A DNA stretch of 64,000 nucleotides, from positions 14,983-78,982 of the forward strand of contig JAFUAL010000042.1 of assembly GCA_017460745.1 (NCBI GenBank), in the 5' to 3' direction. The notes beneath the pieces are model-generated. The model was given only the letters and a program-made list of their open reading frames with translations. It did no database searches and was not told the origin of the DNA. This document shows positions 9,808-19,815 of the stretch, piece by piece (positions within the stretch are counted from its first letter, which is position 1; every line of letters begins with the position of its first letter). A program made the position numbers and the translations under genes. The stretch is from Bacilli bacterium (GTDB taxonomy: Bacteria > Bacillota_I > Bacilli_A > RF39 > UBA660).

Positions 9808-10188
9808 ATGCATAAAAATTTTAAGATTATATTTATTTTAATTATTTGTTTGACATTATTTGGATGTGGAAAAAATAAAAATGATGGTTATAAATTTAAT
9901 TTTAGTACTGGGTTTCCTAATTCAGAACTTGTCGAGAATGTTCCTGAACCAGAATTTGGTGATAGTTCTTATTATGATTATTATGATGGTTCAATTTATA
10001 TTACTGTTAAAAATATAACCGAAGAGCAAGCTAAAGCATATATTAGTTCTTTAACTGAACATGGATGGAATGTTGATTTAGGTGAAGATAATAATGAATT
10101 AAGGTTTAATGCCTATGACGCATCTGGTAAGTATATTTTAGCAACATATGAAGATGAGAAATTACAAATAGAAGTTGATGGCAATTAA
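9808..10188 (+). CDS. Small lipoprotein
   Basis: Signal peptide with lipobox LTLFGCGK. RBS AAAGGAGAA upstream. Confidence 0.75.
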   Translation: MHKNFKIIFILIICLTLFGCGKNKNDGYKFNFSTGFPNSELVENVPEPEFGDSSYYDYYDGSIYITVKNITEEQAKAYISSLTEHGWNVDLGEDNNELRFNAYDASGKYILATYEDEKLQIEVDGN

Positions 10189-10200
10189 TTTTATAAACTA

Positions 10201-10226
10201 ATAGATAGAAATATCTATTTTTTTCT
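10201..10226 (+). terminator. Rho-independent terminator after the lipoprotein gene
   Basis: ATAGATA-gaa-TATCTAT hairpin followed by a T-run. Confidence 0.55.
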
Positions 10227-10324
10227 TTAATTTTTAGTTGACATTTTTTTACAAAATGCTTGATTTGACATTTTACTTATTAATATTTTTTTGGTATACT
10301 TATTCTAAAGTAGAGGTGTTAAAA

Positions 10325-13300
10325 ATGAAAAGATATTTTGTAATATTCAATTTATTATTCTTTTTATTAATAATTGACACTCATGCTTTAACTTATAATG
10401 AAATAAAATCAAGAACCACTTGTGCAAATTTTGAACTTGCAGAGGCTAGAAGTGATAAAAGTTTAAATCATAAACAATGTTTTAATACCTATGATGAAGC
10501 TAAAAATGCCATGAATAGTACTAATAATGATGATTTAGTAATTCTTGAAAGAAGTAATAACGTAACAAGAATAATAGATGCTAAATATGCTTTAGTTTAT
10601 ATGGATATTGGAGAAGAGTTAACATACTATTATAGTTATAATAATTTAACTGGTTATATAACGTATATGAATCATTCAGCAAACTATGGTGCAACAGATG
10701 GAGTATTTTTAGAACTTAATTATTCAAATCATGCTATTAAAGTTAAAATAAATGGAGTTGTTGGATGGACTAGAGATGGTAATTATAAAATTGTACCCCT
10801 TAATTTTTTAGGTACAACGTCATATTATCAAGTAACAGATGATAGTCTAAATCATTTTTATGCCAAAGATATTCAAACAACTTATTCCAGTTATTCAAGA
10901 AGTCTTGATAAAAAGCCAAGTATGTTAAATACTGGAAAATATTATAGTTATGATGGAATTTACTTTTATTCAGATTTAAAAAAATTAATAACTGATTATA
11001 AAAATGGTAATTACAATAATAGTAGTAATAAAGATAATCCATATTATAATTATTATATGTATTTACCTCATAGAGGAAGAAGTAATTATACAGCTGATGA
11101 TATTGATGCTTATTTAAAAAATACCAAGAATTTAATTGGTACCATCTATGGAAGACAGTATGTTAGTAGATATTCTAATATGTGGGCTAGTGGAATATTC
11201 TTTAAGTCAAGTGAAACATTGTATGGTGGAAATGCTATTTTGATGATGTCTTTAGCAACAAATGAAAGTGCTCTTGGGCAAAGTCGAATTGCAATAGATA
11301 AAAATAATTTATTTGGTCATGCAGCTTATGATTCAAGTGCCTATGATTCAGCAACTGGTTATTTAAATCCTTATCAAAGTATTTTAGGACATGCAAAAAG
11401 TTATATTAATTGTGGCTATGCAAATCCTAATGATTCAAGATATCGTGGTTCTAATATGGGTGATAAATCAAGTGGTATGAATATTATGTACGCAAGTGAT
11501 CCATATTGGGGAGAAAAAGCTGCTAATTATTACTATTTATTTGATAAAGATAATGGCTTTTTAGATTATAATTATTATCAACTTGGAATTACAAATATTG
11601 ATAGTGTTAATGTTCGAAGCGAACCAAATTTAACCAGTAGTATCCCATTTAATTTAAAATATAAAAATGTTCCAGTTATAATACTTGGAGAGGTCAATGG
11701 AACAAATGTTAATGGAAGTACTAAATGGTATAAAATAGTAAGTGATGCTAATTTAACAGTTGATAGAACAAGTATTCAATCATGTAGTTATACAAATTAC
11801 TATAACTATAATTCATATGTTTATGTTCATTCGTCATTTATTAATAAAATAAACACCTCTAGTAATGGACAATATAACACAAATAGTAATTTAAATGATA
11901 AAGATATTAAATATCAGGAATATTCAAGTGGAGCAGTTTATAAACCTAAAACAGCTTTGATAAATAAAAGTACAGAAGTATATGATACAGCAACTTTAAG
12001 TGTTAAAACTGGAATTACTGCAAAAGAAAATGTTTTAGTTCCTGTATTTATGGAAGCAAGTCTTGATGGAAGGGTAGTTGCTTATTTAATTGAAACAGAT
12101 TTTAGTAAAAATCAAAAAGGTTGGGTTGAAGCAAGTTCTTTAACGTTTAAAGAAAAAGATTTATTAAAAGTAAATGTAACTAATATTGGTTCATCAATAA
12201 GTACATTTAATACACCTGGTGGAAGTAGTGTTGGAAGTTTATATGATCAAACATATGCCGTTATTATAGATTCTAAAACATATAATAATGAATTGTGGAT
12301 TCAAATTGATTATTCTTTAAGTAATAATAAAACTTGGGTTAATACTAATGTTTCAACATCGGTTGGTTCATTAGAATATACTCTAAATAATATAGGAGAT
12401 AAAGAGCCCGTTATTAATGCATCAGATATTACTTTACTTATAAATTCGGAATTTAATCCTGTAGAAAATGTCAAAGCAAATGATGAAGAAGATGGAGATA
12501 TAACATCTAATGTAAAAGTTATTAGCAATAATGTGAATACATCTAAAATTGGAACATATGAAGTAACATATCAAGTAACTGATTCTAAAAATCATAATAT
12601 TTCCAAAACTATAAAAGTATATGTTGTTGATTTTAATTATGGAGACCCTTTATTCTACTTTGAATCATTAAAGCATGTAAGTGACACTAAATTTGAAGTT
12701 AAAGGATTTATTGGTGTTAAAGGAATGAATAATACAAATACATATCATACGATTGCCTTCATTAATGAACAAGATATAACTGATATATATGAATTTGAAT
12801 TAGAAGATTACTCTGATTATCCATTTGAAATGTCTAGTTTAGATGATACAACAAAATATAATTACTCTAAGGGGTGGTTTAAAGGTACAGTCGATTTAAA
12901 CAAAGAAAATATTCCTGAAGGAAATTATTATGTTTTTGTAAGTGCCTATGATTTTGATACTGGTTATTTTACAATAGATAACTTTACTAATATTGCCTAT
13001 ATTGATATGCCAAGAAGAGTAAAAGCAAATACAAGAGGAATATCATTTGATATCGATTATAGTACGTCTGGCAGTCCAATGCTTGTAAGTATTCGTGATA
13101 GAGGTTTAATTAGTTATACTGAACCAACTTCATTTGATCCAACTTATAATTTCTTTAATGAATTAAGTTTGGATAATAATAACTTAAGTATTACAGGAAC
13201 AAGTCACAGTGCTTATGTTAGTTATTCTAAAAATGACGATATAAAACGTGAACTAATATTTGAAAATACAGATAATTTTGAAAGAATAAGTTATGATTTA

Positions 13301-13573
13301 TCTTATATAGAAGATGGACCATATAAAGTAGAATTACCTGTAAGTGATGGTAAAGATAAAACAAGAGCATGGTTTAAAAAGACAATTGATTTATCAAATC
13401 TTACACCAGGTAACTATGCACTTTATATTAAAACAACATCTAATAATAAAACATATTATGGAGAACTTGTAGATGTTGCTTATACTGATTTTTCTAAAAT
13501 AAATACTAGTAAATATATATTCAATAGAGCTGATGATAGTAGGTTAAGAGTAGAACTTACTGTAAAAGAATGA
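10325..13573 (+). CDS. Large secreted cell-wall hydrolase: GH73 N-acetylglucosaminidase + SH3b-like + Ig-like (DUF5011-type) domains
   Basis: Start moved to ATG 10325 (RBS AGAGGTG; signal peptide MKRYFVIFNLLFFLLIIDTHA). LATNESALGQSRIAIDKNNLFGHAAYD is the GH73 glucosaminidase signature. EPVINASDITL...NDEEDGDITSNVKV...GTYEVTYQVTDSKNH is DUF5011/Ig-like. Confidence 0.85.
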   Translation: MKRYFVIFNLLFFLLIIDTHALTYNEIKSRTTCANFELAEARSDKSLNHKQCFNTYDEAKNAMNSTNNDDLVILERSNNVTRIIDAKYALVYMDIGEELTYYYSYNNLTGYITYMNHSANYGATDGVFLELNYSNHAIKVKINGVVGWTRDGNYKIVPLNFLGTTSYYQVTDDSLNHFYAKDIQTTYSSYSRSLDKKPSMLNTGKYYSYDGIYFYSDLKKLITDYKNGNYNNSSNKDNPYYNYYMYLPHRGRSNYTADDIDAYLKNTKNLIGTIYGRQYVSRYSNMWASGIFFKSSETLYGGNAILMMSLATNESALGQSRIAIDKNNLFGHAAYDSSAYDSATGYLNPYQSILGHAKSYINCGYANPNDSRYRGSNMGDKSSGMNIMYASDPYWGEKAANYYYLFDKDNGFLDYNYYQLGITNIDSVNVRSEPNLTSSIPFNLKYKNVPVIILGEVNGTNVNGSTKWYKIVSDANLTVDRTSIQSCSYTNYYNYNSYVYVHSSFINKINTSSNGQYNTNSNLNDKDIKYQEYSSGAVYKPKTALINKSTEVYDTATLSVKTGITAKENVLVPVFMEASLDGRVVAYLIETDFSKNQKGWVEASSLTFKEKDLLKVNVTNIGSSISTFNTPGGSSVGSLYDQTYAVIIDSKTYNNELWIQIDYSLSNNKTWVNTNVSTSVGSLEYTLNNIGDKEPVINASDITLLINSEFNPVENVKANDEEDGDITSNVKVISNNVNTSKIGTYEVTYQVTDSKNHNISKTIKVYVVDFNYGDPLFYFESLKHVSDTKFEVKGFIGVKGMNNTNTYHTIAFINEQDITDIYEFELEDYSDYPFEMSSLDDTTKYNYSKGWFKGTVDLNKENIPEGNYYVFVSAYDFDTGYFTIDNFTNIAYIDMPRRVKANTRGISFDIDYSTSGSPMLVSIRDRGLISYTEPTSFDPTYNFFNELSLDNNNLSITGTSHSAYVSYSKNDDIKRELIFENTDNFERISYDLSYIEDGPYKVELPVSDGKDKTRAWFKKTIDLSNLTPGNYALYIKTTSNNKTYYGELVDVAYTDFSKINTSKYIFNRADDSRLRVELTVKE

Positions 13574-13709
13574 AATAAGAGTTATTGATTAATTTCAATA
13601 GCTTTTTCTTGTATTAAAATTAAATAATTAATTTACTTATGTTCTTGTTTTTGATAAAATTAAATTGTGAATAACTTTAAAAAAATATAATTGAAAGAAT
13701 GGTGATTAA

Positions 13710-14666
13710 ATGAAAGATTTAAAAGTTGTATTTATGGGAACACCTGATTTTAGTATACCTATTTTGGAAGTTTTAATAGAAAATTGCAATGTAATTGGAG
13801 TTGTTACTCAACCTGATAAAATAGTCGGAAGAGATAAAAGTATTAGCTTTACACCTATTAAAAAAGTTGCAATGGAACATAATATATTAGTTTTACAACC
13901 AAACCAGATTAAAGTAGAGTATCAAGAAGTAATTGATTTAAAACCTGATATGATAGTTACCTGTGCTTATGGTCAAATTATACCTCAAGTATTACTTGAT
14001 TTTCCTAAGTATAAATGTATAAATGTTCATGCATCACTTCTTCCAAATTTAAGGGGAGGAGCACCTATTCATCATGCTTTAATAGATGGTTACACGAAAA
14101 CTGGAGTTACTATTATGTATATGGATAAGGGTATGGACTCTGGAGATATAATTAGTACTATGGAAACGAAAATAGAAGAATCAGATAATTTAGAAACTCT
14201 TCATGATAGATTAAGTAGAATGGGAGCAGAGTTACTTATAAAAACACTTCCTAGTATAATAGATGGAACGAATAAAAGAATAAAACAAGATGAAAAATTA
14301 GTTACATACGGCTTTAACATTAAAAGGGAAGAAGAACTAATTGATTTTTCTAAAAATAAAAGAGAAATATTTAATAAGATAAGAGGATTAAATCCTGTGC
14401 CTGGTGCTTATGCTATTTTAAATAATAAAACAATTAAATTTTATGAAACTAAAACTCTTGATGATATGTCATATTCTGATAAAGAAAATGGTACAATTGT
14501 AAAACTTAATAAAGATGGATTGTTTATAAAAGTTAAAGATGGAATAATAGTTGCAATAGAAATAAAACTTGAAGGTAAAAAGAAAATGAAAGTTAAAGAT
14601 TTTATAAATGGAAACAAAGAAGATTTAGTTGGAATAGTACTTAATAAAGGAGAAAATCGTGAGTAA
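13710..14666 (+). CDS. fmt: Methionyl-tRNA formyltransferase
   Basis: VVFMGTPDFSIPIL, VVTQPDK, NVHASLLPNLRGGAPIHHALI. Confidence 0.95.
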   Translation: MKDLKVVFMGTPDFSIPILEVLIENCNVIGVVTQPDKIVGRDKSISFTPIKKVAMEHNILVLQPNQIKVEYQEVIDLKPDMIVTCAYGQIIPQVLLDFPKYKCINVHASLLPNLRGGAPIHHALIDGYTKTGVTIMYMDKGMDSGDIISTMETKIEESDNLETLHDRLSRMGAELLIKTLPSIIDGTNKRIKQDEKLVTYGFNIKREEELIDFSKNKREIFNKIRGLNPVPGAYAILNNKTIKFYETKTLDDMSYSDKENGTIVKLNKDGLFIKVKDGIIVAIEIKLEGKKKMKVKDFINGNKEDLVGIVLNKGENRE

Positions 14667-15339
14667 GAATAATAAGAAAAATAATGATTTAAATATTAAA
14701 ACAATCTGGAAAATGCTTCGTTCTGAAAAAGGTAGAAGATATTCATTTATAATTTTTTATATATTTTTCTTTGGATTTTTATTTATATTTATTAATGCCA
14801 ATCATTTAAATAGTACTGTTGAAACTACTAGTGGTGAAGAATATAGTTTACCATTTAATACCAAGCTTTTAGAACAAAATAGTTATAATTTTAAATACAT
14901 AGTTAAGTCTAATTTAGATGAGTTACTATATAAAGGAATTAAAAATAGTAATTCTATTACAATAATAGATGATGCTGGAGAGCATTTATTTAGTTATAAA
15001 AATGGAGTGCTTATAGGGGATTATAATATTTTATATAAAGAATTATTTGATATATATGAGATAAAAAGAATAATTAAATCAGGAAAACTTATATCGGAAA
15101 CTAAATTAAGTGAGACTGGTGAAATTATTTATAATTATGATATAACCAATAGTAATTTAGATAATATTTTAAATAATAGTATTACGAGTTTAGAACTTAT
15201 TAATAAAATAACTGTTAAAACAAATAGTAAAAAAGAATTTATAGAAATTAATTATGATTTAATAAATTATGAAAAAGATATAAATCCTCTTTTATCAGAA
15301 TTTAAAGTAACTTTAGAAATAGGAGATATAGATGGATAA
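14659..15339 (+). CDS. Membrane-anchored hypothetical protein, translationally coupled between fmt and polA
   Basis: GTG start with RBS AAAGGAGAA. One TM helix (YSFIIFYIFFFGFLFIFI). Overlaps the fmt stop and the polA start. Confidence 0.6.
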   Translation: MSKNNKKNNDLNIKTIWKMLRSEKGRRYSFIIFYIFFFGFLFIFINANHLNSTVETTSGEEYSLPFNTKLLEQNSYNFKYIVKSNLDELLYKGIKNSNSITIIDDAGEHLFSYKNGVLIGDYNILYKELFDIYEIKRIIKSGKLISETKLSETGEIIYNYDITNSNLDNILNNSITSLELINKITVKTNSKKEFIEINYDLINYEKDINPLLSEFKVTLEIGDIDG

Positions 15340-17929
15340 AATAATATTAATAGATGGAAATAACTTAGTATTTAGAAGTTATTATGCAACTGCTTATAGT
15401 GGTAGTTTGATGAAAAATTCTAAAGGATATCCAACTAATGCTTTATATGGTCTTATTAATATGTTAAATAAAATAATTAAAGAGGAAAATCCTACTCATA
15501 TGATGATAGCCTTTGATAAAGGGAAGACTTTTAGACATGATAGTTATCCAGAATATAAAGCTGGAAGAAGTGAGACACCGGATGAACTTAAAATGCAATT
15601 TAGTAAGGCTAAAGAATTAGTAACTGCTATGGGTATTAATTATATGGAAATAGATAATTATGAAGCAGATGATATTATAGGAACATTTGCAAATTATATA
15701 GATAATACTCCTGATTTAGAAGGATTAATTGTTAGTAGTGATAAAGATTTAATTCAATTAATAAGTGATAAAGTAATAATGAAATTACTAAAAAGTAATG
15801 ATTATATCATGATGGATAAGGATAAATTTAAAGAAGTATATGGAATAGATGATCCTAAAAAGATGATTGATTTAAAGGCTTTGATGGGAGATGCGAGTGA
15901 TAATATTCCAGGTGTTAAGGGAATAGGTGAGAAAATAGCTATTTCTTTAATCGGAAAGTATGGTAGTCTTGATTTAGTCTATGAAAACATTGATTCTGTG
16001 TCCCCAGGTGTTGCAAAAAAATTAATTCAAGATAAAGAAAATGCCTATATGAGTTATAATCTAGCAACTATTTATAAAGAAGTACCAATTGAACTTGATA
16101 TAGAAAAACTAAAATATAAAGGACCAAATTTAAGTCAATATAAAGAAATGTTAGAAGAATTAGAATTCTTTTCTCTTTTAAAAAAATTAGAATCTGATAT
16201 ACCAGAAAGTCATGATGTAACTTATACTAAAATAAATGACTTAAGCGAATTAAAACTTGATGATACTTATAGTATTTATGTTGAAACACTTGGATATAAT
16301 TATCATAATGACGAAGTACTTGGAGTGAGTATTACAGATAAGTTTGGAAGTTATTATATAGATTTTGAAATGCTTAAAAACTCAAACATATTTGTTGATA
16401 ATAAGAAAAAGTATACTTATGATTTGAAAAAACTTTTATATGTGTTTAGGAAGTATAATGTTGGAATAGATAAAAATATAGATGACGTGATGTTAGTATC
16501 TTACCTACTTAATAAAAATATAAAAAATGATATAGCCCATCTTGCTAATACATTTCTTTATGGTATAAGATTTTATGAAAAAATATATGGAACTGAGATT
16601 ACCCTTAAAATGCCAAAGGATTCTGAATATATTAAAGATATTATTTTAAAATCACAGTTTTTATTTAATGAGTATCAAAGTTTCTTTGATGAACTTGATA
16701 AAGAAGAAATGAAAGATTTGTATTATAATATAGAACTTCCCTTAACTTATGTGTTAGTTAAGATGGAAGAAAATGGATTTTTAATTGATGTAGACTATTT
16801 AAATCATTTTGGAAGTGAGTTGGATGTTAAATTAAAAGAATTAGAGAAAAATATTTATAATTTAGCAGGTTGTGAGTTTAGTATATTATCACCTAAGCAG
16901 TTATCACATGTCTTGTTTGAAGAACTAAATATTCCATATCCAAAAAGAAATAAGAAAGATATGTCAACTAGTAAAGATATTTTAATGAAATTAAAGGATC
17001 GATATGAGATAGTTAATTTAATTTTAGATTACAGAGCAGTTTCGAAGATGAAATCTAATTATGTTGTAGGATTAATAAATGAAGTAGGAGAAGATTCTAA
17101 AATACGAACAATTTACAATCAAACATTAACGAAAACAGGAAGACTTTCTAGTGAAAGACCAAATTTACAAAATATACCTATAAGAGATGAACTTGGTAAA
17201 CTAATAAGAAAAGCCTTTATTCCGGAGAAGAAGGAAAATAAAATAGCATCTTTTGATTACTCTCAAATTGAACTACGAGTATTTGCATCGATGGCGGGTG
17301 CAACTGATATGATTGATGCATTTACTCATGGAGTTGATATACATACTAAAACAGCTAGTCAAATTTTTCATGTTCCGCTTACAGAAGTAACTAAAGATAT
17401 GAGACGTCGTGCTAAAGCAGTTAACTTTGGAATAATATATGGAATATCAAGTTTTGGGTTATCAGAAGATTTAAGAATAGATATAAATGAAGCTAAAAAC
17501 TTTATTGATTCTTATTTAAATTCTTTTCCAGGTATCAGTGAATATATGAATTCGATTGTTAATAATGCTTATAAAAATGGTTATGTTAAAACTTTAATGA
17601 ACAGAAAAAGAGTAATTGATGAAATATATAATAAAAATTATATTATAAGGCAAAGTGGAGAAAGAATGGCTCTTAATACTCCAATTCAAGGAACCGCTGC
17701 TGATATTTTAAAGAAAGCTATGGTTGAAATAGATTTAAATATGGAACAGATGAAATTAAAAAGTAAATTACTTGTTCAAGTTCACGATGAATTGATATTT
17801 GAAGTGGAAAGTGGAGAAGAAGATAAGTTAAAAGAAATGGTTGAACGAGTAATGAAAAATACTTATAAATTAAATGTTCCTCTTGACGTATCCTATGAAA
17901 TAGGAGATAATTGGTATGATGCAAAGTAA
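15332..17929 (+). CDS. polA: DNA polymerase I
   Basis: 5'-nuclease N-terminus (ILIDGNNLVFRSYYA). Pol motifs DYSQIELRV, RRRAKAVNFGIIYG and QVHDELIFEV. Confidence 0.97.
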   Translation: MDKIILIDGNNLVFRSYYATAYSGSLMKNSKGYPTNALYGLINMLNKIIKEENPTHMMIAFDKGKTFRHDSYPEYKAGRSETPDELKMQFSKAKELVTAMGINYMEIDNYEADDIIGTFANYIDNTPDLEGLIVSSDKDLIQLISDKVIMKLLKSNDYIMMDKDKFKEVYGIDDPKKMIDLKALMGDASDNIPGVKGIGEKIAISLIGKYGSLDLVYENIDSVSPGVAKKLIQDKENAYMSYNLATIYKEVPIELDIEKLKYKGPNLSQYKEMLEELEFFSLLKKLESDIPESHDVTYTKINDLSELKLDDTYSIYVETLGYNYHNDEVLGVSITDKFGSYYIDFEMLKNSNIFVDNKKKYTYDLKKLLYVFRKYNVGIDKNIDDVMLVSYLLNKNIKNDIAHLANTFLYGIRFYEKIYGTEITLKMPKDSEYIKDIILKSQFLFNEYQSFFDELDKEEMKDLYYNIELPLTYVLVKMEENGFLIDVDYLNHFGSELDVKLKELEKNIYNLAGCEFSILSPKQLSHVLFEELNIPYPKRNKKDMSTSKDILMKLKDRYEIVNLILDYRAVSKMKSNYVVGLINEVGEDSKIRTIYNQTLTKTGRLSSERPNLQNIPIRDELGKLIRKAFIPEKKENKIASFDYSQIELRVFASMAGATDMIDAFTHGVDIHTKTASQIFHVPLTEVTKDMRRRAKAVNFGIIYGISSFGLSEDLRIDINEAKNFIDSYLNSFPGISEYMNSIVNNAYKNGYVKTLMNRKRVIDEIYNKNYIIRQSGERMALNTPIQGTAADILKKAMVEIDLNMEQMKLKSKLLVQVHDELIFEVESGEEDKLKEMVERVMKNTYKLNVPLDVSYEIGDNWYDAK

Positions 17930-17940
17930 GTGAGGTATAT

Positions 17941-18366
17941 ATGGATAATAAAAAAAGATTAGAAGATATTTTGAAAATAAGAGAATTAAGAAGTAATTTA
18001 GATAATTTAAATTTAACAGGCGCAGAAAAAGAAGTTTTAAGAAGAAGTTTTAACTATTATGAAAATTTACTTAATTTAGATATTGTAAGAACTAACTTAA
18101 ATAAAGAAGAACTTGATAGTATGGATATTAAAAATGATATTGAAGTTGTTTCTGTTCCAGTTGAAAATAGTTCAAATAAATACACAGAGTATGCAAGTGT
18201 TTCTGAAAGTGAAGTAATTTCTATTATTAATAAATTATGTAATGAACTTGATGAAAAAGTAACTTTAACATCTTTAAAGGAATATTGTAATTATTTGATG
18301 CAAGTAAAATTATTACAAAAAAGTAATCAAGAATTATATGATGATATTTTTAATAAAAGTAAGTAA
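17941..18366 (+). CDS. Hypothetical small helical protein
   Basis: ORF with RBS GAGGT, directly after polA. No motif recognised. Confidence 0.5.
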   Translation: MDNKKRLEDILKIRELRSNLDNLNLTGAEKEVLRRSFNYYENLLNLDIVRTNLNKEELDSMDIKNDIEVVSVPVENSSNKYTEYASVSESEVISIINKLCNELDEKVTLTSLKEYCNYLMQVKLLQKSNQELYDDIFNKSK

Positions 18367-18431
18367 GAATTAAAGTTTATAAATAAGGTACTTGAAAAAG
18401 TATCTTTTTCATATTTTGGATTATATTATTA

Positions 18432-18475
18432 TTGACTTTTAAAAATTGTTTTGGTACAATTAGTTTGTATACAAA
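18432..18475 (+). promoter_or_regulatory. Promoter plus palindromic MarR/OhrR-type operator of the gpx-ohrR-trxA-trxB operon
   Basis: -35 TTGACT (18432-18437), 17-nt spacer, -10 TACAAT (18455-18460). The perfect 12-bp palindrome TTTGTATACAAA (18464-18475) follows immediately, embedded in AT-rich TACAATT/AATTAAA half-site-like sequence reminiscent of B. subtilis OhrR boxes. Confidence 0.55.
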
Positions 18476-18500
18476 TTAAATTAAAAGGAGGAATAATTTT

Positions 18501-19040
18501 ATGAGTATTTATGATTTAAAAGTTAAAACAAGAGGGGGAGAAGAATTTGATTTAAGTTCTTTGAAAGGAAAAGTTTCATTAGTAGTTAATACAGCAACAG
18601 GATGTGGATTTACACCTCAATATGAAGCAATCGAGAATCTTTATGAGAAATATCATGATAAGGGTTTTGAAGTATTAGATTTTCCATGCGACCAATTTGG
18701 ACATCAAGCACCTGGAAGTAATGATGAAATACATGAATTTTGTACAGCTAAGTATAAAACTCAGTTTGACCAATTTGCTAAAATAGATGTAAACGGAGAA
18801 AATGAAAGTCCTGTATTTACTGCTTTAAAAGAACAACAACCTGAAGAAACGGTAGTTGGTATGAAAAATAAAATATCAATGAAGGCAATTAAAAAAATAA
18901 GTACAACTTGCACTAAAAAGGGTGATATTGTTTGGAATTTTACAAAGTTTTTAGTTGATAAAGATGGAAATGCTGTTAAAAGATATGATCCAACATTTAA
19001 TCCAAGTGAAATAGAAAAAGATTTAATAGAACTTTTATAA
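18501..19040 (+). CDS. Glutathione-peroxidase-family thiol peroxidase
   Basis: NTATGCGFTPQY (catalytic Cys) and WNFTKFLVDKDG. Confidence 0.92.
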   Translation: MSIYDLKVKTRGGEEFDLSSLKGKVSLVVNTATGCGFTPQYEAIENLYEKYHDKGFEVLDFPCDQFGHQAPGSNDEIHEFCTAKYKTQFDQFAKIDVNGENESPVFTALKEQQPEETVVGMKNKISMKAIKKISTTCTKKGDIVWNFTKFLVDKDGNAVKRYDPTFNPSEIEKDLIELL

Positions 19041-19053
19041 GGAGGGATAATAA

Positions 19054-19500
19054 ATGGAATCTAAATATGATTCTTTAACTTTAAAAAATCAATTATGTTT
19101 TCCAATTTATTTATGTTCTAAAGAAATTATTCGGAAATATACACCTATTTTAAACGAACTTAATTTAACATATACTCAGTATATAGTAATGATGTATCTT
19201 TGGGAAAAGAAAACAGGTAATGTTAAAGATATAGGTAAAGTTTTATTACTTGATTCTAGTACTTTAACACCCCTTTTAAAAAAGTTGGAAGTTAAAGGGT
19301 ACATAACGAGAGTAAGATCAACTCTTGATGAAAGAAATTTAGATATAACAATTACTGATAAAGGTTTAAAATTAAGAGATAAGGCTTTAAGTGTTCCTAC
19401 CCAAATGTCACATTGTATAAATTTAGAAGAAAAAGAAATAGAGATGTTATATTCTCTTATTTATAAAGTTTTAATTAATATTGAAAAGGAGGAAAATTAA
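19054..19500 (+). CDS. ohrR: MarR-family organic-hydroperoxide sensor/repressor (OhrR-like)
   Basis: N-terminal LKNQLCFPIYLCSKE matches the OhrR sensing-Cys region (QLCF). A winged-helix MarR core follows (LTYTQYIVMMYLWE...LDSSTLTPLLKKLE). Confidence 0.75.
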   Translation: MESKYDSLTLKNQLCFPIYLCSKEIIRKYTPILNELNLTYTQYIVMMYLWEKKTGNVKDIGKVLLLDSSTLTPLLKKLEVKGYITRVRSTLDERNLDITITDKGLKLRDKALSVPTQMSHCINLEEKEIEMLYSLIYKVLINIEKEEN

Positions 19501-19815
19501 ATGGCACTTGTAGAAATAAATAAAGATAATTTTGATTCTAAAGTATTAAAAAGTGAAAGTATGGTTTTAGCTGATTTTAATGCTGATTGGTGTGGACCTT
19601 GTAAGATGTTAAAACCTATTTTAGAAAGTATTTCAAATGAAAATAAAGATATTAAAGTTGTATCTATTAATATTGACTCGGAAGATGAACTGGCTGAGGC
19701 GTACAATGTTTCATCTATTCCATGTTTAGTTTTATTTGATAAAGGAATGGAAGTAAAAAGAAGTATCGGTTTAGTATCAAAAGATGCAATTAATGATATG
19801 ATTGGAGGAAAATAA
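19501..19815 (+). CDS. trxA: Thioredoxin
   Basis: WCGPCK active site, 104 aa. Confidence 0.95.
   Translation: MALVEINKDNFDSKVLKSESMVLADFNADWCGPCKMLKPILESISNENKDIKVVSINIDSEDELAEAYNVSSIPCLVLFDKGMEVKRSIGLVSKDAINDMIGGK

Noticed and set aside
10238-10324. Longer upstream starts given by the ORF track: 10238, 24814, 27290, 30030, 34768, 38923, 40857, 42485, 44753, 56657, 61225, 62060, 62425, 62968.
   Set aside because: The extensions use non-ATG or RBS-less starts, overlap upstream genes or promoters, and add residues absent from the family N-termini. Downstream ATGs with GGAGG-type RBSs were chosen instead.
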